Positions 18,780-28,994 of a stretch of DNA of 32,000 nucleotides are shown in pieces. The stretch's first letter is position 1; the number at the start of each line of letters is the position of its first letter. The notes beneath the pieces are model-generated. The model was not told the origin of the DNA, searched no databases, and saw only the letters and a list, made by a program, of their open reading frames with translations. Made by a program: the position numbers and the translations under genes. Where the stretch lies: assembly GCF_042660085.1 (NCBI RefSeq), contig NZ_JBHSTI010000008.1, positions 210,001 through 242,000 of the forward strand. Reading direction: 5' to 3'. Source of the DNA: Longivirga aurantiaca (GTDB lineage Bacteria; Actinomycetota; Actinomycetes; S36-B12; CAIYMF01).

Positions 18780-20630
18780 ATGTGCGGAATCGTCGGGTAC
18801 GTCGGTGAGAAGCAGGCGCTGTCGGTCGTGGTCGAGGGCCTGCGCAGGCTGGAGTACCGCGGCTACGACTCCGCCGGCGTCGCCGTCGTCGCCGACGGGC
18901 GGCTCGACACGCGCAAGAAGGCGGGCAAGCTCGCCAACCTCGAGAGCCTGCTCGGCACCGACCCGCTGCCGCAGTCGACCATCGGCATCGGCCACACCCG
19001 CTGGGCCACGCACGGCGGACCGACCGACGCCAACGCGCACCCGCACGTGAGCGAGGACGGCAAGGTCGCCGTGATCCACAACGGCATCATCGAGAACTTC
19101 GCCGAGCTGCGCGCCGAGCTCACCGCCGCCGGCGTCACGCTGTCGTCCGAGACCGACACCGAGGTCGTGGCGCACCTGCTCGCCGCCGTGCTGCCCGAGA
19201 CCGACCACGACCTCGCCGAGGCCATGCGCCGCGTGTGCCGCCGCCTGTCCGGCGCCTTCACGCTCGTCGCCGTCCACTCCGACATCCCGGACGTCGTCGT
19301 CGGCGCGCGCCGCAACAGCCCGCTGGTCGTCGGCCGGGGCCAGGGCGAGAACTTCCTCGCCTCCGACGTCGCCGCGTTCATCGCGCACACGCGCTTCGCG
19401 ACCGAGCTCGGCCAGGACCAGGTGGTCGAGCTGCGTCGCGACACCGTCGTCGTGACGACCTTCGACGGCGACCCCGCGGACGTGACCGAGTACGAGGTGA
19501 CGTGGGACGCGTCGGCGGCCGAGAAGGGCGGCTACGACACGTTCATGGCCAAGGAGATCGCCGAGCAGCCGAAGGCCGTGAGCGACACGCTCCTCGGCCG
19601 CATCGGCACCGACGGCCGGCTCAAGCTCGACGAGATGCGCCTCACCGACGCCGAGCTGCGCGAGGTCGACAAGGTCGTCGTGATCGCGTGCGGCACGGCG
19701 TACCACTCGGGCATGGTCGCGAAGTACGCCATCGAGCACTGGACGCGCATCCCCACCGAGGTCGAGCTCGCCAGCGAGTTCCGCTACCGCGACCCGGTCG
19801 TCGGGCCGCGTACGCTCGTCATCGCGATCTCGCAGTCGGGCGAGACGATGGACACGATCATGGCGCTGCGGTTCGCGCGCGAGCAGGGCGCGAAGGTGCT
19901 CGCCATCTGCAACACCCAGGGCTCGACGATCCCGCGCGAGAGCGACGCCGTGGTCTACACGTACGCCGGCCCCGAGGTGGCGGTCGCCTCCACCAAGGCC
20001 TTCCTCACGCAGATCGTGGCGTGCTACCTCGTCGCGCTGTACGTCGCGCAGGTTCGCGGCAACAAGTACGGCGACGAGATCGCGGCTGTGGTGCGCGAGC
20101 TGCAGGACATGCCGCGCAAGGTCGACCTCGTCCTCGACACGACCGAGGAGATGAAGCGCATCGCCGACGAGCTGAAGGACGCACCGTCGGTGCTGTTCAT
20201 CGGTCGCCACGTGGGCTTCCCGGTCGCGCTCGAGGGTGCGCTGAAGCTCAAGGAGCTCGCCTACATGCACGCCGAGGGCTTCGCCGCCGGCGAGCTGAAG
20301 CACGGCCCGATCGCGCTGCTCGAGGACGGCGTCCCCGTGATCGTGGTCGTGCCGTCGCCGGCCGGGCGCAGCGTGCTGCACGAGAAGATCATCAGCAACA
20401 TCCAGGAGGTCCGCGCCCGCGGCGCCCGCACGATCGTGATCGCCGAGGAGGGCGACGAGGCCGTCGTCCCGTACGCCGACACCATCGTCCGTATCCCCGC
20501 GTGCCCCACCCTCCTGCAGCCCCTCGTCGCGACCGTGCCGCTGCAGGTGTTCGCGGCCGCGATGGCGACCGCCAAGGGGCTCGATGTCGACCAGCCGCGC
20601 AACCTCGCCAAGAGCGTCACGGTCGAGTAG
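18780..20630 (+). CDS. glmS: Glutamine-fructose-6-phosphate aminotransferase (isomerizing)
   Basis: 616 aa MCGIVGYVGEKQALSVVVEGLRRLEYRGYDSAGVAV...ISQSGETMDTIMALR; ends LAKSVTVE. Confidence 0.98.
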   Translation: MCGIVGYVGEKQALSVVVEGLRRLEYRGYDSAGVAVVADGRLDTRKKAGKLANLESLLGTDPLPQSTIGIGHTRWATHGGPTDANAHPHVSEDGKVAVIHNGIIENFAELRAELTAAGVTLSSETDTEVVAHLLAAVLPETDHDLAEAMRRVCRRLSGAFTLVAVHSDIPDVVVGARRNSPLVVGRGQGENFLASDVAAFIAHTRFATELGQDQVVELRRDTVVVTTFDGDPADVTEYEVTWDASAAEKGGYDTFMAKEIAEQPKAVSDTLLGRIGTDGRLKLDEMRLTDAELREVDKVVVIACGTAYHSGMVAKYAIEHWTRIPTEVELASEFRYRDPVVGPRTLVIAISQSGETMDTIMALRFAREQGAKVLAICNTQGSTIPRESDAVVYTYAGPEVAVASTKAFLTQIVACYLVALYVAQVRGNKYGDEIAAVVRELQDMPRKVDLVLDTTEEMKRIADELKDAPSVLFIGRHVGFPVALEGALKLKELAYMHAEGFAAGELKHGPIALLEDGVPVIVVVPSPAGRSVLHEKIISNIQEVRARGARTIVIAEEGDEAVVPYADTIVRIPACPTLLQPLVATVPLQVFAAAMATAKGLDVDQPRNLAKSVTVE

Positions 20631-20633
20631 TCG

Positions 20634-20655
20634 GGTGACCCTGCGCGGGGTCGCC
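20634..20655 (+). terminator. Weak hairpin after glmS
   Basis: GGTGACCC-TGCGCG-GGGTCGCC, 8 pairs including one G.T, 4 nt after stop. Confidence 0.35.
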
Positions 20656-20859
20656 GGGGGTCCGGGAGTCGCACCGCGTCGGGGGTGGTAGCCTGGTCAC
20701 GGTTACTACAGCGGTTCCACGTACGTTCTTCGGACGCTCGCGGATCTACTTCGCCCGGCGTCCTCGCCTCCCCCTGGATCTCAGGGGTTGAGGACACCTC
20801 GGCTAACTCGTGGGCAGCGACTTCGCTCCCGCGCCGTGCTTCCCAGAACAGGAACAATC

Positions 20860-21063
20860 ATGGTCAACGGCACCGTCAAGTGGTTCAACGGCGAGAAGGG
20901 CTTCGGCTTCATCGCCCCCGAGGACGGGAGTGCCGACGTGTTCGTGCACTTCTCGGCCATCGCGTCGTCGGGCTACCGCTCGCTCGAGGAGAACCAGAAG
21001 GTCACGTTCGACGTCACGCAGGGCCAGAAGGGCCCGCAGGCGGAGAACGTCACGCCTCTCTAG
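20860..21063 (+). CDS. Cold-shock family protein (CspA-like)
   Basis: 67 aa [67 protein letters not shown]; RNP1 KGFGFI and RNP2 VFVHF. Confidence 0.97.
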   Translation: MVNGTVKWFNGEKGFGFIAPEDGSADVFVHFSAIASSGYRSLEENQKVTFDVTQGQKGPQAENVTPL

Positions 21064-21079
21064 GTCTCACCAGGCCTTC

Positions 21080-21115
21080 GACGTGGACCGTCCCCTTCGG
21101 GGGGCGGTCCACGTC
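21080..21115. terminator. UUCG-capped terminator between convergent csp and GNAT genes
   Basis: GACGTGGACCGTCCCC-TTCG-GGGGGCGGTCCACGTC, 16 pairs (one G.T). Confidence 0.85.
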
Positions 21116-21120
21116 TGCGT

Positions 21121-21696
21121 CTACGGCCGGTGCGACGCCGACCCGGCGTCGAACCACCAGGCGCAGTACTGCATGAGCAACGTGTCGTGCCAGCCGCGGC
21201 GGTCGGTGCTGCGCTCCCGGCCGTGCAGGATGCCGACCGGCTGGAAGCCGCACGCGGTGTAGCAGGCGATCGCCGCGGTGTTGGACGCCGCGGGGTCGAT
21301 CGTCACGAGGTGGTGGCCGCGGATGTCGACGAGCCAGTCGCGCACGGTCGTGACGACGTCCCGGCCGAGGCCGCGGCGGTGCATGCTCGGCGTCAGGAAG
21401 ATGTCGATGCCGCTCTCGTCGTAGTCGGGGTCGTCTCCCTCGTACGCCTGCACCATGCCCACCACGGCGCCGGCGGGCCCGGGCCCGGGCGGGCCCAGCA
21501 GCTCCACCGCCCAGCGCACGGTGCCTGCCTCGTGGTCGAACGGGAAGCCGTCCTCCGGCGGGTGCCACCACTGCGACACTGCCGGAGTCGCGAGGATCGC
21601 GCGCAGCGTGGCCTCGTCGTCCGCCCCGATCGGCCGCAGCCTGACCAGGGACGTGACGAGCGTCGGCACCGCGGACGCGGCGTGGGTGTCGGCCAT
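21121..21696 (-). CDS. GNAT family N-acetyltransferase (RimJ/RimL or AAC(6')-like)
   Basis: 191 aa: [28 protein letters not shown]...[45 protein letters not shown]...[29 protein letters not shown]. Confidence 0.85.
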   Translation of the reverse strand: MADTHAASAVPTLVTSLVRLRPIGADDEATLRAILATPAVSQWWHPPEDGFPFDHEAGTVRWAVELLGPPGPGPAGAVVGMVQAYEGDDPDYDESGIDIFLTPSMHRRGLGRDVVTTVRDWLVDIRGHHLVTIDPAASNTAAIACYTACGFQPVGILHGRERSTDRRGWHDTLLMQYCAWWFDAGSASHRP

Positions 21697-21733
21697 GGCC
21701 ACATCCTCACCCGAGGGGTGGCAGGCTGGCGGG

Positions 21734-22105
21734 GTGATCATCGGGATCGGGATCGACGTCGTCGACGTGCCGCGGTTCGAGGCGACGCTCGCGCGCACGC
21801 CCGGGATGGTCGACCGGCTCTTCACGCCCGAGGAGCGCACGACCGACCTCGGGCACCCGCGCACGCCCACCTCGCTCGCCGCGCGGTTCGCGGCCAAGGA
21901 GGCCGTGGCCAAGGCGCTCGGCGCACCCACCGGGATGCTGTGGCACGACTGCCAGGTGATCGGCGACTCCGACGGCCGGCCGTGGCTGGCCATCAGCGGC
22001 ACGGTGCAGGCCGCCGCCGAGGCGCAGGGCATCGAGCGCTGGCACCTGTCGCTCTCGCACGACGGCGACGTCGCCGTCGCGTACGTGATCGCGGAGGCGG
22101 GATGA
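21734..22105 (+). CDS. acpS: Holo-[acyl-carrier-protein] synthase
   Basis: 123 aa from GTG; [20 protein letters not shown]...FTPEERT...[16 protein letters not shown]...[15 protein letters not shown]. Confidence 0.95.
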   Translation: MIIGIGIDVVDVPRFEATLARTPGMVDRLFTPEERTTDLGHPRTPTSLAARFAAKEAVAKALGAPTGMLWHDCQVIGDSDGRPWLAISGTVQAAAEAQGIERWHLSLSHDGDVAVAYVIAEAG

Positions 22106-23643
22106 CCGGGCACGGGCTGCGTCCCGCGACCGCGGTGCTGACGGTCGCGGCGGTACGCCGTGCCGAGGCGGCGGCGATGGCGGAGCTGCCCGAGGGCGCG
22201 CTCATGCAGCGCGCCGCGACGGCGCTGGCGGTCGTTGCCGGCTCGATGCTGCGGGAGATCTGCGGCCGCGTCACGGGATCGCGGGTCGTGCTCCTCGTCG
22301 GCGCCGGCGACAACGGCGGCGACGCGCTGTACGCAGGCGCGCGCCTCGCCGCGCGCGGTGCCCGCGTCGACGCGCTTCTCGTCGCCGACCGTCATCACGT
22401 CGGGGGCGCGGACGCCCTGCGACGCAACGGTGGTCGCGTGCAGGTGGTGGCGCTCGGAGACCTCGTGGCAGCAGAGCTCGTCGCTCGTGCCGACCTCGTC
22501 GTCGACGGCATCCTCGGCATCGGCGGACGCGGTGCGCTGCGGGAGCCGGCCGCGTGGCTCGCGGCCGTGGCGCGCGAGACCGACGTCGCCGTCCTCGCGG
22601 TCGACCTGCCGAGCGGCGTCGACGCCGACACGGGGGCCGTGGCCGATGCCGATGCCGTGGTGCACGCCGACCGCACGGTGGCCTTCGGGTGCCTCAAGGC
22701 CGGGCTGCTTCTCGGCGACGGCGCGCTGCGCACGGGCGAGCTCGCGGTGGTCGACATCGGTCTGTCCTTCGACGACGTCGCCACGAGCGAGCTCGTCGTC
22801 CGGATCGACGACGACTCGGCCGCCCCTCTGCTGGCCGGCCCTGGTGCGCGCGACGACAAGTACACGCGCGGCGTCGTGGGAGTGAGCGCGGGCTCGGAGG
22901 CGTACCCCGGTGCCGCGGTGCTCGCGACGGCCGGTGCGCGGCACGGCCTCGCCGGATACGTGCGGTACGCCGGCCACGCGCACGAGCAGGTCGTGGCGCA
23001 CTGGCCCGACGTCGTCGCCCGGCCGGGCAGGGTGGCCGACGCGGGGCGGACGCAGTGCTGGGTGGTCGGCTCCGGACGTGGCCTCGACGAGGACGCGCGC
23101 GGCGCCGTCCTCGACGCCGCGGCGCTCGACGTGCCGCTCCTGCTCGACGCCGACGCCCTCACGCTCATGGCGGACGACGCCGACGTGCGCGCCGCTGTCG
23201 TCGCCCGCAGCGGCGTCACCGTGCTGACGCCGCACGCGGGGGAGTTCGCGCGGCTCGCGGGCGTGCCGGTCGGCGAGGATCGTGTCGCCGCCGTGCGGTC
23301 GCTCGCCGCAGACCTCGGCGCCGTCGTGCTGCTCAAGGGCTCGGCGACGGTCGTCGCCGCGCCTGACGGGCACGCGTACGTCGCGGCATCGGCGCCCCCC
23401 GAGCTCGCGACGGCCGGATCGGGCGACGTGCTCGCCGGGCTGCTCGGCTCGCTGCTCGCCCACCACGAGGCCCATGCGCCGCTCGACCCCGCGCGGGCCG
23501 CTCTGCTGGCTGCCGTCGCCGCGCACGTGCACGGAGCAGCAGGAGCGGTCGCGGCGGACGACGGCCGCACGGTGACCGCGCTGGACGTGGCCGCCGCACT
23601 GCCAGCGGCGGTCGCGCGCGTGCGGCGTTCCTCACCGGAGTGA
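22102..23643 (+). CDS. nnr: Bifunctional NAD(P)H-hydrate epimerase / ADP-dependent NAD(P)H-hydrate dehydratase
   Basis: 513 aa; ATG overlaps acpS stop; [24 protein letters not shown] epimerase; [43 protein letters not shown] dehydratase. Confidence 0.93.
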   Translation: MTGHGLRPATAVLTVAAVRRAEAAAMAELPEGALMQRAATALAVVAGSMLREICGRVTGSRVVLLVGAGDNGGDALYAGARLAARGARVDALLVADRHHVGGADALRRNGGRVQVVALGDLVAAELVARADLVVDGILGIGGRGALREPAAWLAAVARETDVAVLAVDLPSGVDADTGAVADADAVVHADRTVAFGCLKAGLLLGDGALRTGELAVVDIGLSFDDVATSELVVRIDDDSAAPLLAGPGARDDKYTRGVVGVSAGSEAYPGAAVLATAGARHGLAGYVRYAGHAHEQVVAHWPDVVARPGRVADAGRTQCWVVGSGRGLDEDARGAVLDAAALDVPLLLDADALTLMADDADVRAAVVARSGVTVLTPHAGEFARLAGVPVGEDRVAAVRSLAADLGAVVLLKGSATVVAAPDGHAYVAASAPPELATAGSGDVLAGLLGSLLAHHEAHAPLDPARAALLAAVAAHVHGAAGAVAADDGRTVTALDVAAALPAAVARVRRSSPE

Positions 23644-23695
23644 CGGCCGGCAGCCGGATGAGCGGCCTCGGCGGGCGGTGGGGGAGACTGTGGGA

Positions 23696-24859
23696 GTGAG
23701 CGTCGACCAGCAGGCCGGATGGACTCCGCGCGCCCTCGCGCGCGGTGCGGTGGCCACCGTCGACCTCGACGCGCTGCGTCACAACCTGCGGGTCGTGGGC
23801 GAACGAGTGGGCACCGACGTCATGGCCGTGGTGAAGGCCGACGCGTACGGCCACGGCCTGGTCGAGTGCGCTCGCGCCGCGCAGGAGGCCGGGGCCACCT
23901 GGCTCGGCGTGGCGCTCCCGACCGAGGCGGTCCGCCTGCGCGAGGCCGGCGTCACCGGCCGCGTGCTCACGTGGCTCGAGGTGCCGGGCTCCCCGTTCGA
24001 CGACTGCGTCGCGCGCGACATCGACGTCACCGTCTCCGCACCGTGGGCGCTCGACTCCGTGCTCGCAGCGGCCAGGCGCCTCGGCGTGACCGCGCGCGTG
24101 CAGCTCAAGCTCGACAGCGGCCTGTCGCGCAACGGCTCGACCATGGCCGACTGGCCTGCGCTCGTCGCAGCGGCGCGGGCGGCCGAGGTCGACGGCGCGC
24201 TCGCCGTGACCGGCATCTGGACCCACTTCGCCTGCGCCGACGAGCCGGACCACCCGAGCGTCCGCCGCCAGCTGGACCAGTTCGACGAGGCGCTGGGCCT
24301 CGCCGACGTCGCCGGCCTGCGCCCCGAGGTGAGGCACGCGGCCAACTCCGCCGCGGCTCTGGCGATCCCCGCCGCGCGCTACGACCTCGTGCGCATCGGC
24401 ATCGCGATGTACGGCCTCTCGCCGGGGCCCGAGGTCGGCACCGGCACAGAGCTCGGCCTCCGCCCCGTGATGTCGCTGCGCGCCCGCCTGGCGTCGGTGA
24501 AGCGGGTGCCGAGCGGGTCCGGCGTCTCATACGGGCACCTGTACTCGACGGCGCACGAGACCACGCTCGGCGTGGTGCCCGTGGGCTACGCCGACGGCAT
24601 CCCGCGCAACGCGTCGAACCTCGGGCCGCTCCTCGCCGCAGGCACCGAGCGCACGGTGGCCGGGCGCGTGTGCATGGACCAGGTGGTGGTCGACCTCGGC
24701 GACGACGACGCCGTCGTCGGTGACGAGGTGGTGATCTTCGGCTCGGAGGGCCCCTCAGCCGACGTCTGGGCCTCGGTCTGCGGCACCATCGGGTACGAGA
24801 TCGTCACGCGGATCGGACCGCGTGTGCCGCGGGAGCACCTGGGGGTGAGCGAGCAGTGA
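23696..24859 (+). CDS. alr: Alanine racemase (start could also be in-frame GTG at 23678)
   Basis: RGAVATVDLDALRHNLRVV...DVMAVVKADAYGHGLVECAR (PLP Lys)...MYGLSPGPEVG...VGYADGIPRNASN. Confidence 0.95.
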   Translation: MSVDQQAGWTPRALARGAVATVDLDALRHNLRVVGERVGTDVMAVVKADAYGHGLVECARAAQEAGATWLGVALPTEAVRLREAGVTGRVLTWLEVPGSPFDDCVARDIDVTVSAPWALDSVLAAARRLGVTARVQLKLDSGLSRNGSTMADWPALVAAARAAEVDGALAVTGIWTHFACADEPDHPSVRRQLDQFDEALGLADVAGLRPEVRHAANSAAALAIPAARYDLVRIGIAMYGLSPGPEVGTGTELGLRPVMSLRARLASVKRVPSGSGVSYGHLYSTAHETTLGVVPVGYADGIPRNASNLGPLLAAGTERTVAGRVCMDQVVVDLGDDDAVVGDEVVIFGSEGPSADVWASVCGTIGYEIVTRIGPRVPREHLGVSEQ

Positions 24860-25971
24860 GCGGGACCGATCCGCTGCGAGACCTGAGCCCGGGGCGTGTG
24901 GCCGGGGTGGTCGGCGCGCTGGGCGCCGCCGCTGCCGTGGGTGCCGCCGTCGGCGTCGCGGCCGAGCGCATGCTCGTACGCCGGGCCCTGCGGCCCGACC
25001 CGGAGCGCGACGAGCCGTTCGGCGGGCTGCGTGGCCGCGTCGTGCCGGTGATCGCCACCGACGGCACACCGCTGCACGTCGAGGTCGAGGAGCCCCCGGA
25101 GGGCTCGCTGGCCGATCGGCTGGGCGACGGTCTCACCATCGTGTTCTCGCACGGCTATGCGCTCGAGGAGGACTCCTGGCACTACCAGCGCCGCGACCTG
25201 CGCGCGCTCGGGCGCCTCGTGCTCTGGGACCAGCGCAGCCACGGCCGCAGCGGCCGCGGCTCGGCCGAGAACGCCACGATCGACCAGCTCGGGCGCGACC
25301 TCGAGTCGGTGATCGCCGCCGCGGCGCCCACCGGACCGCTCGTGCTCATCGGGCACTCGATGGGCGGCATGACCGTGATGTCGTACGCCGCGCACCACCC
25401 CGAGATGTTCGGCGACCGCGTGCGCGGGGTCGGCCTCATCGCCACGAGCAGCGGCGGTCTGGCCGAGGTGCCGCTCGGGCTGCCCGCGCCCCTCGCCAAG
25501 GCGTTCCACAACGTCGCACCGCAGGTGGCCGGCGTGCTCGCGCGCCGCAAGGACCTCGTCGAGCGCGGTCGCCGCGCCGGCAGCGACGTCGCCTACCTGC
25601 TCACCAAGGTCTACTCGTTCGGGTCGAACGTGCCGCCGTCGCTCACGCAGTTCGTGCACCGCATGCTGTCGGCGACACCGATCGACGTGGTGGCGGAGTT
25701 CCTGCCCACGCTCGAGGCGCACGACAAGAAGACCGCGCTCGACGCCATCGGCCGTGTCGACACCCTCGTGCTCGTGGGCGCGTCCGACCTGCTGACGCCG
25801 AGCGCGCACAGCGACGAGATCGTGCGGCACGTGCCCGGCGCCGAGCTCGTGCTGATCCCCGACAGCGGCCACATGGTGATGCTCGAGAAGTACCCCGAGG
25901 TCAACCAGCACATCCGTGAGCTCGTCGGCCGCGTCCGCGCGGGCCTCGCGCACACGGAGGAGACGGCGTGA
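24856..25971 (+). CDS. Alpha/beta hydrolase
   Basis: 371 aa; IVFSHGYALEEDSWHYQRRDL...VLWDQRSHGRSGRG...LIGHSMGGMTVMSYAAHHPE nucleophile elbow GHSMGG; N-terminal hydrophobic segment. Confidence 0.9.
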   Translation: MSGTDPLRDLSPGRVAGVVGALGAAAAVGAAVGVAAERMLVRRALRPDPERDEPFGGLRGRVVPVIATDGTPLHVEVEEPPEGSLADRLGDGLTIVFSHGYALEEDSWHYQRRDLRALGRLVLWDQRSHGRSGRGSAENATIDQLGRDLESVIAAAAPTGPLVLIGHSMGGMTVMSYAAHHPEMFGDRVRGVGLIATSSGGLAEVPLGLPAPLAKAFHNVAPQVAGVLARRKDLVERGRRAGSDVAYLLTKVYSFGSNVPPSLTQFVHRMLSATPIDVVAEFLPTLEAHDKKTALDAIGRVDTLVLVGASDLLTPSAHSDEIVRHVPGAELVLIPDSGHMVMLEKYPEVNQHIRELVGRVRAGLAHTEETA

Positions 25972-26471
25972 CCTCGGTCGCCGTGCCCGACCGCGATGCC
26001 ATGCACCGGTTGGGTGCGCTCCTCGCGTCCCTGCTGCGGGCGGGCGACCTCGTCGTCCTCTCGGGCGGTCTCGGCGCAGGCAAGACGACGCTCGCGCAGG
26101 GCGTCGGCCGCGGCCTCGGCGTACGCGGCGACGTCACGTCGCCCACGTTCGTGATCGCGCGCGTGCACCCGTCCACCGTCGGCGGGCCCGCGCTGGTGCA
26201 TGTCGACGCCTACCGCCTCTCGTCGCTCGACGAGGTGGACGACCTCGACCTCGACGCGTCGCTCGAGGACTCCGTCACCGTGGTCGAGTGGGGCGAGGGC
26301 AAGGTCGAGGGCCTCGCCGAGGACCGGCTGCTCGTGCACATCGCGCGGCCCGTCGGGGGCGACGTTCCGAGCGGGTCGGACGTCGACGAGCCCCGCACGG
26401 TGACCGTGACGACGACCGGTGCCCGCTGGGACGGCGTCGACCTCGACGTGCTCGCGACGGCGGTGGCCTGA
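25968..26471 (+). CDS. tsaE: tRNA t6A biosynthesis ATPase TsaE
   Basis: 167 aa; VVLSGGLGAGKTTLAQGVGRGLGVRGDVTSPTFVIARVH. Confidence 0.95.
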   Translation: MTSVAVPDRDAMHRLGALLASLLRAGDLVVLSGGLGAGKTTLAQGVGRGLGVRGDVTSPTFVIARVHPSTVGGPALVHVDAYRLSSLDEVDDLDLDASLEDSVTVVEWGEGKVEGLAEDRLLVHIARPVGGDVPSGSDVDEPRTVTVTTTGARWDGVDLDVLATAVA

Positions 26472-27139
26472 TGCTGCTGCTCGTGATGGACACGTCGTCC
26501 GCCGTGATCACCGCGGCGGTGCACGACGGCGACAGCGTGGTCGGGGCCGCGGTCGAGCACGGCGCCCAGTCGCACGGTGAGCTGCTCGCACCGGTGATCG
26601 CCCGCGCGCTGGCCGAGGCGGGGGCGCGCCCGTCCGACCTCACGCGCGTCTGCACCGGCGTCGGTCCGGGACCGTTCACCGGTCTGCGCGTGGGGATCGT
26701 GACCGCGCGGGTCATGGCCGAGGCGCTCTCGATCCCGGTTCACGGCATCTGCTCGCTCGACGTGCTCGCGTTCCAGGCCGCGGCCGAGTCGGGCTTCACG
26801 CTCGGCGGGTTCGCCGTCGCGACCGACGCGCGCCGCAAGGAGGTCTACCTCCGCACGTACGACCGCGGCGGACGTCCGGCGTCCGACCCCCTGGTCGTGA
26901 AGCCGGGCGATGTCGACACCGCGCTGGCGGAGGGACCTGTCGCAGGCCCTGGCGCCTGGCTGTACCCCGAGGTCTTCGCCGACGCGCGCGAGCCGCGCGA
27001 GCTCGACGGCGCCGCGATGGCCGAGCTCGTCGCGGCCCGCATCGAGCTCGGCTCCCCGCTTCTCGACCCCGAGCCGCTCTACCTCCGGCGCCCTGACGCC
27101 GTCGCGAACACCGGCCGCAAGCGGGTGACGCAGCCGTGA
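26471..27139 (+). CDS. tsaB: tRNA t6A biosynthesis protein TsaB
   Basis: 222 aa from ATG overlapping the tsaE stop; LLLVMDTSS...[18 protein letters not shown]...[25 protein letters not shown]. Confidence 0.95.
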   Translation: MLLLVMDTSSAVITAAVHDGDSVVGAAVEHGAQSHGELLAPVIARALAEAGARPSDLTRVCTGVGPGPFTGLRVGIVTARVMAEALSIPVHGICSLDVLAFQAAAESGFTLGGFAVATDARRKEVYLRTYDRGGRPASDPLVVKPGDVDTALAEGPVAGPGAWLYPEVFADAREPRELDGAAMAELVAARIELGSPLLDPEPLYLRRPDAVANTGRKRVTQP

Positions 27140-27597
27140 GCCTGCGACCGATGCGGTGGTGGGACGTCGCCGCCTGCGCCGCGCTCGAGCGCGAGCTGTT
27201 CGAGCACGCGCCCTGGAGCGAGGAGCAGTTCTGGGGCGAGCTGGCGCACGTGCCCGAGACCCGCTGGTTCGCCGTGCACGAGGACGACGCCGGGATCGAC
27301 GGCTACGTCTGCCTCGCAGCCGTGCCGCCCGAGGGCGACGTGCAGACGATCGCGGTCGCGCCGCGCTCGCAGGGCCGGGGGCTCGGACGCTCGCTGCTCG
27401 AGGCGCTGCTCGGCGAGGCCGAGCGTCGCGGCTGCACGCAGGTGTTCCTCGAGGTGCTCGACACGAACGAGCCCGCGATCGCGCTGTACGAGAAGCACGG
27501 CTTCGAGCGCCAGGGCCGGCGACGCGACTACTACGGCCCCGGCGTCGACGCGCTCGTGATGCGCCGGCGGTTCCGCGACGCGGAGGTGCCGGCGTGA
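27136..27597 (+). CDS. rimI: Ribosomal protein S18-alanine N-acetyltransferase
   Basis: 153 aa; [15 protein letters not shown]...[60 protein letters not shown]. Confidence 0.93.
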   Translation: MSLRPMRWWDVAACAALERELFEHAPWSEEQFWGELAHVPETRWFAVHEDDAGIDGYVCLAAVPPEGDVQTIAVAPRSQGRGLGRSLLEALLGEAERRGCTQVFLEVLDTNEPAIALYEKHGFERQGRRRDYYGPGVDALVMRRRFRDAEVPA

Positions 27598-28649
27598 TGC
27601 GCGACGAGCCGCTGGTGCTCGGCATCGAGACCTCGTGCGACGAGACGGGCATCGGCGTCGTACGCGGCACGACCCTGCTGGCCGACGCGGTCGCCAGCAG
27701 CGTGGAGGAGCACGTGCGGTTCGGCGGCGTGGTGCCCGAGGTGGCGAGCCGTGCGCACCTCGAGGCGATGGTGCCGACGATCCGTCGGGCGTGCGCCGAT
27801 GCCGGCATCGCGCTGTCGGACGTCGACGCGTTCGCCGTCACCGCCGGCCCCGGTCTCGCGGGTGCGCTGCTCGTCGGCGTCGCGGCGGCGAAGGCGCTCG
27901 CGCTGTCGTTGGACAAGCCCATCTACGGGATCAACCATCTTGCGGCGCACGTGTGCGTCGACCAGCTGCAGCACGGTCTGCTGCCCGAGCCGACGATGGC
28001 GCTGCTGGTGTCAGGCGGCCACTCGTCTCTGCTTCTCGTGCCGGACGTGACCAGCGACGTACAGCCGCTCGGCGCGACGATCGACGACGCTGCGGGCGAG
28101 GCGTTCGACAAGGTGGCGCGTGTGCTCGGGCTGCCGTTCCCCGGCGGCCCGCACATCGACCGAGCGGCGGCCGACGGCTCGGTCGTCATCGACTTCCCGC
28201 GCGGCCTCACCTCCGGGCGCGACATGCAGCGGCACCGCTTCGACTTCTCCTTCAGCGGGCTCAAGACCGCGGTCGCCCGATGGGTCGAGGCCCGCGAGGC
28301 GAGCGGCGAGCCCGTGCCCGTCGCCGACGTCGCGGCGTCGTTCCAGGAGGCTGTCGTCGACGTCCTGACGCGCAAGGCGCTGCTGGCGTGCGCGGAGAAC
28401 GGCGTCGAGCACCTCGTGCTCGGCGGGGGCGTCGCGGCGAACTCACGGCTGCGGGTGCTGGCGCAGGAGCGCTGCGACGCAGCCGGTGTGACGCTGCGCG
28501 TCCCCCGTCCGGCGCTGTGCACCGACAACGGCGCCATGGTCGCCGCGCTGGGCTCGGAGATGGTGCGGAGGGGGCGGTCGCCGGGCCGGTTCGACCTCCC
28601 GGCAGACTCGTCGATGCCGGTCACGCAGGTGAGCACGGCACCGGCGTAG
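27597..28649 (+). CDS. tsaD: tRNA N6-adenosine threonylcarbamoyltransferase TsaD
   Basis: 350 aa; [17 protein letters not shown]...[15 protein letters not shown]...[11 protein letters not shown]...[11 protein letters not shown]. Confidence 0.97.
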   Translation: MRDEPLVLGIETSCDETGIGVVRGTTLLADAVASSVEEHVRFGGVVPEVASRAHLEAMVPTIRRACADAGIALSDVDAFAVTAGPGLAGALLVGVAAAKALALSLDKPIYGINHLAAHVCVDQLQHGLLPEPTMALLVSGGHSSLLLVPDVTSDVQPLGATIDDAAGEAFDKVARVLGLPFPGGPHIDRAAADGSVVIDFPRGLTSGRDMQRHRFDFSFSGLKTAVARWVEAREASGEPVPVADVAASFQEAVVDVLTRKALLACAENGVEHLVLGGGVAANSRLRVLAQERCDAAGVTLRVPRPALCTDNGAMVAALGSEMVRRGRSPGRFDLPADSSMPVTQVSTAPA

Positions 28650-28659
28650 GGAGGGCTCG

Positions 28660-28926
28660 ATGATCGTCCGCATGTGGGAGGCCACGGTCGTCCCCGGCCA
28701 GTACGACGCCGCGGTCGAGTGGGTGCGTCACGACCTCGTGAAGCGCGCGCTGTTCACCGCCGGCTGCATGGCGGCCGAGATCCTCGTGCACGAGGGCACC
28801 CCGGAGTCCGTCGTCCTGCTGACCCGCTGGGACGTCGCGCCGGTGTTCGAGGAGGGCCCGCCCGACGACCTCTTCGTCCGCGCCCGCGCCCAGCACTTCC
28901 AGACCCTGCGCCCCGAGATCACCTGA
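28660..28926 (+). CDS. Small ABM-like (antibiotic biosynthesis monooxygenase / dimeric alpha-beta barrel) protein
   Basis: 88 aa MIVRMWEATVVPGQYDAAVEWVRHDLVKRALFTAGCMAAEILVHEGTPESVVLLTRWD...; family assignment by general look only. Confidence 0.55.
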   Translation: MIVRMWEATVVPGQYDAAVEWVRHDLVKRALFTAGCMAAEILVHEGTPESVVLLTRWDVAPVFEEGPPDDLFVRARAQHFQTLRPEIT

Positions 28927-28927
28927 C

Positions 28928-28981
28928 CCTGAGGCCCGGACGCTGCCTGGGATCGGCGCGCCTCCGCATGCGGGCCTCGGG
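28928..28981 (+). terminator. Hairpin between ABM-like gene and homocysteine methyltransferase
   Basis: CCTGAGGCCC...GGGCCTCGG with continuous 10-pair helix (one G.T) closing a 34-nt interior. Confidence 0.35.
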
Positions 28982-28982
28982 A

Positions 28983-28988
28983 TAGCGT
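28983..28988 (+). promoter_or_regulatory. Candidate -10 (TAGCGT) 6 nt before ATG of the methyltransferase gene (leaderless transcript?)
   Basis: GGGATAGCGTGCTCGCATG, same geometry as glmS. Confidence 0.45.
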
Positions 28989-28994
28989 GCTCGC

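Noticed and set aside
18288-20381. 697-aa minus-strand ORF opposite glmM/glmS
   Set aside because: Shadow ORF from high-GC codon bias; coding strand is unambiguous.
21121-23532. 803-aa minus-strand ORF
   Set aside because: Only the part corresponding to the GNAT (21121-21696) is protein-like. The rest is antisense to acpS and nnr and has the low-complexity Arg/Ala/Gly composition typical of high-GC antisense frames.
26210-27922. 570-aa minus-strand ORF opposite tsaE/tsaB/rimI/tsaD
   Set aside because: Antisense to four conserved genes, no domain-like sequence.
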